Below are positions 27,652-32,000 of a stretch of DNA of 32,000 nt, piece by piece. The stretch lies in assembly GCF_000013905.1 (NCBI RefSeq), contig NC_007969.1, positions 510,001 to 542,000 of the forward strand, written 5' to 3'. The notes below the pieces were generated by a model that was not told the origin of the DNA, did not search any database, and worked only from the letters and a program-made list of their open reading frames with translations. A program made the translations under genes and the position numbers. The stretch comes from Psychrobacter cryohalolentis K5 (GTDB lineage Bacteria > Pseudomonadota > Gammaproteobacteria > Pseudomonadales > Moraxellaceae). The stretch's first letter is position 1, and each line of letters starts with the position of its first letter.

Positions 27652-28890
27652 TTAAGCACCGAGTAATTGACGAATGCGCCTGATTGCCTCGCGACTTTCC
27701 TCGACGCTTGCCACCAAAGCGATACGCACATAGCCTTGCCCCGGATTTTCACCATTGACCTCGCGCGATAAGTAACGACCCGCTAGTGCATGAATATTGG
27801 CATCCTCATAGAGTGCTTTGACAAATAATTCATCATCACCACCGAATTGCTCAGGCGCCTTTATCCAAAAGTAAAATCCTGCCTCAGGCATACGTAACTC
27901 CAGTAATTCTCCAAGCTCCGACATCCAGAGTGCAAACTTTTCTTGATACAGCGCTCGATTGTGCGCCACATGCTTCTCATCTTCCCAAGCGGCGATAGAC
28001 GCCAGCTGATGAGGTATCGGCATCGCACAACCCTGATAGGTGCGGTATTGTAAATAAGCCTGCAAGATAGTGGCATCGCCTGCCACAAAGCCTGAGCGCA
28101 AACCGGGTAGGTTTGAGCGCTTCGATAAAGAGTGAAACACCAGACAATTTTTGAAATCGTGTCGACCAAGGGCCGCGCAGGCTTGCAACAATCCTATTGG
28201 CGCTTTATCAAAATACAGCTCGCTATAACACTCGTCGCTGGCAATGATAAAGCCATATTGGTCTGATAGGCGCAACACTTGCTCCCAGTCATCCATCGTC
28301 ATCACTGAACCGGTTGGGTTGTTTGGGCTACAGACAAATAAGAGCTGTGTACGCGTCCAGACGTCTTTTGGCACACTACGAAAATCCCCCTTAAAGCTAT
28401 TGTCTGAGGTGCAAGGGATAAAATAAGGCGTTGCTTGCGCTAATATCGCCGCCCCTTCATATATCTGATAAAAGGGATTGGGCATAACTACTATAGGCGT
28501 AGGAGTAGGCGATTGGTTGAGCGTTGCCGTCTGACTAACAGTCTCTGTCTCGTGATTAATCACTGCCTGCACGATACTAAATATTGCCTCACGTGTGCCC
28601 ATTACTGGCAATACTTGCGTATTAGGGTTGAGGTGATTTAAGAAAAAGCGCTTCTCAAGCCAATGAGCAATGGTTTGACGCAGCTCAAACAGTCCATTTG
28701 TGGTCGGATAATGGCTTATTTTGTCCAAGTTTTCGCGTAGTACGTCCAGAACAAAGGCTGGCGGCGCATGTTTTGGCTCACCAATACCCAGTTTGATTTC
28801 ATCATAGCTATGGGCTGGAGTACTATCAGCCAGTAAAGTGGCCATCTTAGCGAATGGATAAGGGTGTAGGGACGTCAAGTTGTGATTCAT
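27652..28890 (-). CDS. dapC: Succinyldiaminopimelate transaminase (class I/II aminotransferase, DapC type)
   Basis: 412 aa. N-terminal LHPYPFAKM..IKLGIGEPKH..P.FV block and the PLP-Lys motif HSLSKRSNLPGLRSGF, characteristic of the beta/gammaproteobacterial DapC family. It is positioned next to glnD, as in pseudomonads. Confidence 0.85.
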   Translation of the reverse strand: MNHNLTSLHPYPFAKMATLLADSTPAHSYDEIKLGIGEPKHAPPAFVLDVLRENLDKISHYPTTNGLFELRQTIAHWLEKRFFLNHLNPNTQVLPVMGTREAIFSIVQAVINHETETVSQTATLNQSPTPTPIVVMPNPFYQIYEGAAILAQATPYFIPCTSDNSFKGDFRSVPKDVWTRTQLLFVCSPNNPTGSVMTMDDWEQVLRLSDQYGFIIASDECYSELYFDKAPIGLLQACAALGRHDFKNCLVFHSLSKRSNLPGLRSGFVAGDATILQAYLQYRTYQGCAMPIPHQLASIAAWEDEKHVAHNRALYQEKFALWMSELGELLELRMPEAGFYFWIKAPEQFGGDDELFVKALYEDANIHALAGRYLSREVNGENPGQGYVRIALVASVEESREAIRRIRQLLGA

Positions 28891-29184
28891 AGGCAGGCTA
28901 ACTATAATAGACAGTTAATAATAAAGTTATAAAGAAAAATTACATTTAAGCAGTGTAGCACTTCTCTTATTTTTTGTCTTTTTCTTCTTATATTTCCTTA
29001 TAGTGCTTTGTAATGACTTGGCTAGAGGATATTTAAGCATTGTTATTTTAACTATATGGCTGTGTAAATAGGTAATCATGTGACTATATCGTAACGCGTT
29101 ATTATAAAAGCGATGTGATGTCTGTATTACTAAGTAAAGATAAATGCTGGCTTTTCTGACAGCGTATTTTAGGAATAATTTGAT

Positions 29185-29853
29185 ATGTCTAGTATGTTAA
29201 AAACGGACAGTCTCGATGCTAAGGATATCAATGAAAAATACTTTGATAATCATGAAAGTCTTGACGTTTATAAGCAGTTAAAGCAGCGTGAACAGACTTG
29301 GTGGAAATCACGCCAGCAGTTGACACTATTACGAGAACGTCAAATGTTTTGGTTTGGCGATAACAGTTTTATGATGTGGCTGCTCTGGCAATTGGTTAGC
29401 TACATAGTCGTTGCTATGGTACTCATGCTGCTTAGCAAGTTGCTAGATATATCGTTACCTCTGTGGCAATACATCGCTTTATTTGTCGTACAAACCTTAA
29501 TTTTTATTGTGATGCTGAGTTTTAAAGACAGACTTGCTAGGCAGTTGCAATATAAGATCAATCAAGCCGATTTGTCGCGTGAAGAGATGCTTAATGAGAT
29601 GACTATCTTGGCTTCTGATAGCTTGTATCGCGATGTCCACGCCAAAGCCCCTATTAGTTTGAAGCAAATCTACCGATATTATAATGCAGAATTTCGTTTG
29701 GCCAGCTTGCACCGCCTCCTACAAAAGGAGGTCGATGCGGGACGCTTGATGTATGGCGACCAAAAGGTGGAAGCCGATATACTGCCTCTAGAGCTTGCCG
29801 ATGATGCGCTGAAGGAATATGCACGTGGCATCATCTATAAAAGTTTGATATAG
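29185..29853 (+). CDS. Hypothetical membrane protein (2 predicted TM helices, roughly 110-aa C-terminal soluble domain)
   Basis: 222-aa ORF with SD AGGAA 8 nt upstream and coding-like composition. It has two hydrophobic helices (LLWQLVSYIVVAMVLMLLSKLL and YIALFVVQTLIFIVMLSF). I recognise no family. Confidence 0.5.
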   Translation: MSSMLKTDSLDAKDINEKYFDNHESLDVYKQLKQREQTWWKSRQQLTLLRERQMFWFGDNSFMMWLLWQLVSYIVVAMVLMLLSKLLDISLPLWQYIALFVVQTLIFIVMLSFKDRLARQLQYKINQADLSREEMLNEMTILASDSLYRDVHAKAPISLKQIYRYYNAEFRLASLHRLLQKEVDAGRLMYGDQKVEADILPLELADDALKEYARGIIYKSLI

Positions 29854-29861
29854 AAAATAAG

Positions 29862-32000
29862 CTAGACTCTATCATTACGGACACTAAGACTGTCTATCAG
29901 TGCCGTTTTTAACGTCTTAAGTTTATCAGCGCTCAGTGCTTGATCATTTTGATCGCTGATATAAAACATGTCTTCTGCACGCTCGCCAAGCGTAGTAATA
30001 CGCGCGGCATGTACCTCAATTTGCTGCTGCAAAAATACTTGTCCAACACGGGCAAGTAAACCTGGCTGATCAAGGGTCTCTAAGCTCATGATGTGCTGAT
30101 TTGAGGCATCATTGAAATCAAAATTGATCGTCGTTGCTACATCGAAATGTTTGAGCTGGCGTGGAATCCGTTTGTGCGTCAGTTTGGGCGCGGTCGGATT
30201 TTTAAAGGCATCAATCAGTCGCTGCTTAAGCTCTTGCTGGCTATCGCTATCGACCAGTAAAGTACCGCTACGGTCGAGTAGTACATAAGAATCCAACGCA
30301 AAATCACGGGTCGCTGTGATAATACGGGCATCCAATACATCAAGATTCATCTGATCGAATACGGCCATAGTCACCGCAAACAAATTGACCTGATCTTGGG
30401 TATAAACAAAAACCTGTACTGCATCAAGCGCCAGCTCTCGATGCTCACGTAGAACGACTAATGGCGGACTATCTGCATTTGACGCTCGACCTATAGGCGG
30501 ATGATTTAAAATCGCTTCAGTATGCCATAAGATATCTTCTGCAATTTCACGCAAAAAATACTCATCGCCCAAATCATCCCACAATCTCAGCACCTCATCG
30601 CGATTCATATGCTGATTGTCGACGTTATCTAGCATCACTAGTGCTTGCTTGCGTGTGGCACTAATCATATCTTGACGATTGGTTGGGGCATCAATATCCG
30701 CCCGCAAAATACGGCGTGTTTGCGAATATAGCTGCTTCATAAGTGTCGCACGCCAGCTGTTCCAAAGTTGTGGGTTGGTGGCGTTCATATCAGCGACGGT
30801 TAAGACATACAGATGATTTAGATGGGTAACGTTACCCACCAAATCTGCAAATAGTGTCACAACCTCTGGGTCTGAGATATCTTTTTTCTGAGCTGTCATT
30901 GACATCAGCAGATGATAACGGGTCAACCAGCCAACCAGATTGGCGTCGGCAGTACTCATACCATGAGCCAGACAAAATTCAATCGACTCGATTTCGCCAA
31001 GTTGACTATGGTTGCCGCCACGACCTTTGGCAATATCATGAAACATCGCCGCTAATACCAAAATCTCTTTGCGCTCGATGCGCTGAAAGATGGAGCTCAC
31101 GAGCGGAAAATCTTCATAAAAATGCGGATCCGTAAAACGGTGCAGAATACGAATCAAAAATAAGGTATGGGCATCAACCGTATAACGATGGAACAAGTCA
31201 TACTGCATCAAACCAGTAACTTGAGCAAAGGCAGGGATATAGTTGCCAAGCACGCCATAGCGATTCATGGTACGCAGACGATGAAAGAGATAATTTTGCT
31301 CTTTTAGATTGGCTAAAAACAAGGTTTGATGCGTAGGATTGTCGCGATAAGCCTGATCAATACCACGCGCTGCAATTTTTAGCGCGCGTAGAGTATGGGT
31401 ACGGACATTCTTGATGCCATACTGACCCATAAGTAAAAACATCTCTAAAATCGACTCGGGATGCTGCGCAAATACTCTGTGATGAGCCATTGCGATTTGG
31501 TCGCCGACTTGGTTAAAGCGGGCATTGATAGGCTGTTTTTTTGGGCGTTCTTCATCAGGCAACTGCGCCTCGATGATGGTTTCGTAGTAGTGATTGGTTA
31601 GCATTTCAGACAATGTTGATATTTGCATCGCACAGCGGTAATAATCGCGCATAAAGCGCTCTACCGCAGCATTTGGTTGATCATCTGTCTGGGTATCATA
31701 GCCCATCAGTTGAGCAATCTCACGCTGATAATCGAATAACAGCTTGTTTTCATTGCGACCAGTCAGTTCGTGCAGGTAGTGCCGTATCTGCCATAAATAG
31801 TTTTCTGAAAAGCTTAATTCATCGAATTCCTTTTCAGTCAAAAAGTTCTGTTGTACCAGATCATAGAGCTTACTGACCCGAAAATAGCGTTTGGTCACCC
31901 AGCCGATAATATGGATATCGCGCAGACCACCAGGGGCGGTTTTTATATTGGGCTCAAGATTATATTCTGTGGCATTGTGCTGTAAATAACGCGCTTTTGC
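29862..32000 (-). CDS. glnD: [Protein-PII] uridylyltransferase/uridylyl-removing enzyme, C-terminal about 710 residues; the N-terminus lies beyond the right window edge
   Basis: HD domain (LAAMFHDIAKGRGGNHSQLGE) and two C-terminal ACT-like domains. The track ORF starts at GTG 31898, but the frame stays open to nt 32000. That upstream stretch encodes ..NLEPNIKTAPGGLRDIHIIGW.., the conserved GlnD NTase-proximal block, so the gene continues upstream. Confidence 0.95.
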   Translation of the reverse strand, partial: AKARYLQHNATEYNLEPNIKTAPGGLRDIHIIGWVTKRYFRVSKLYDLVQQNFLTEKEFDELSFSENYLWQIRHYLHELTGRNENKLLFDYQREIAQLMGYDTQTDDQPNAAVERFMRDYYRCAMQISTLSEMLTNHYYETIIEAQLPDEERPKKQPINARFNQVGDQIAMAHHRVFAQHPESILEMFLLMGQYGIKNVRTHTLRALKIAARGIDQAYRDNPTHQTLFLANLKEQNYLFHRLRTMNRYGVLGNYIPAFAQVTGLMQYDLFHRYTVDAHTLFLIRILHRFTDPHFYEDFPLVSSIFQRIERKEILVLAAMFHDIAKGRGGNHSQLGEIESIEFCLAHGMSTADANLVGWLTRYHLLMSMTAQKKDISDPEVVTLFADLVGNVTHLNHLYVLTVADMNATNPQLWNSWRATLMKQLYSQTRRILRADIDAPTNRQDMISATRKQALVMLDNVDNQHMNRDEVLRLWDDLGDEYFLREIAEDILWHTEAILNHPPIGRASNADSPPLVVLREHRELALDAVQVFVYTQDQVNLFAVTMAVFDQMNLDVLDARIITATRDFALDSYVLLDRSGTLLVDSDSQQELKQRLIDAFKNPTAPKLTHKRIPRQLKHFDVATTINFDFNDASNQHIMSLETLDQPGLLARVGQVFLQQQIEVHAARITTLGERAEDMFYISDQNDQALSADKLKTLKTALIDSLSVRNDRV

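Overview
This 32-kb window looks like ordinary core chromosome of a moderately AT-rich gammaproteobacterium. Protein sequences and gene order suggest Moraxellaceae, Psychrobacter-like; that attribution is from memory, not a search.

I support 23 protein genes and 4 tRNAs. I saw no rRNA, CRISPR array, transposase, integrase or phage genes.

Gene content, left to right:
- polA: 5' part only, minus strand. It is missing from the ORF track because its frame runs off the window.
- ohr, then a metallo-beta-lactamase/rhodanese fusion.
- prfC, a DUF3298-like periplasmic protein, and a tail-anchored FHA protein.
- The classical tRNA-Thr/Tyr/Gly/Thr cluster followed by tuf.
- rimI-like GNAT, a MerR regulator, aat and trxB (stop and start codons abut).
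- ftsK, an amidase, and a YgiD-like extradiol dioxygenase.
- rlmH, a DUF421 protein, and a 4-TM protein of unknown function.
- An expanded PBP4 (dacB-like).
- A DEDDh exonuclease and a cNMP/CBS/DUF294 sensor nucleotidyltransferase, apparently in one operon.
- dapC, an unknown membrane protein, and glnD (3' part, runs off the right edge).

Most interesting observations:
1. Two ungapped 135-nt copies of an imperfect-palindromic intergenic element (13993-14127 and 27375-27509). They have a sequence-conserved core and a compensatory base-pair change in the stem.
2. The uncharacterised sensor-nucleotidyltransferase plus stand-alone exonuclease pair. The second repeat copy sits immediately upstream of it.
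3. Terminator-like hairpins that appear to uncouple the tRNA cluster from tuf, plus a leader-trailer helix around the first tRNA.
4. A roughly 140-residue low-complexity insertion in PBP4.
5. An orphan membrane-tethered FHA protein.

Nothing here looks like a recognisable defence island. All functional readings of the novel items are inference.
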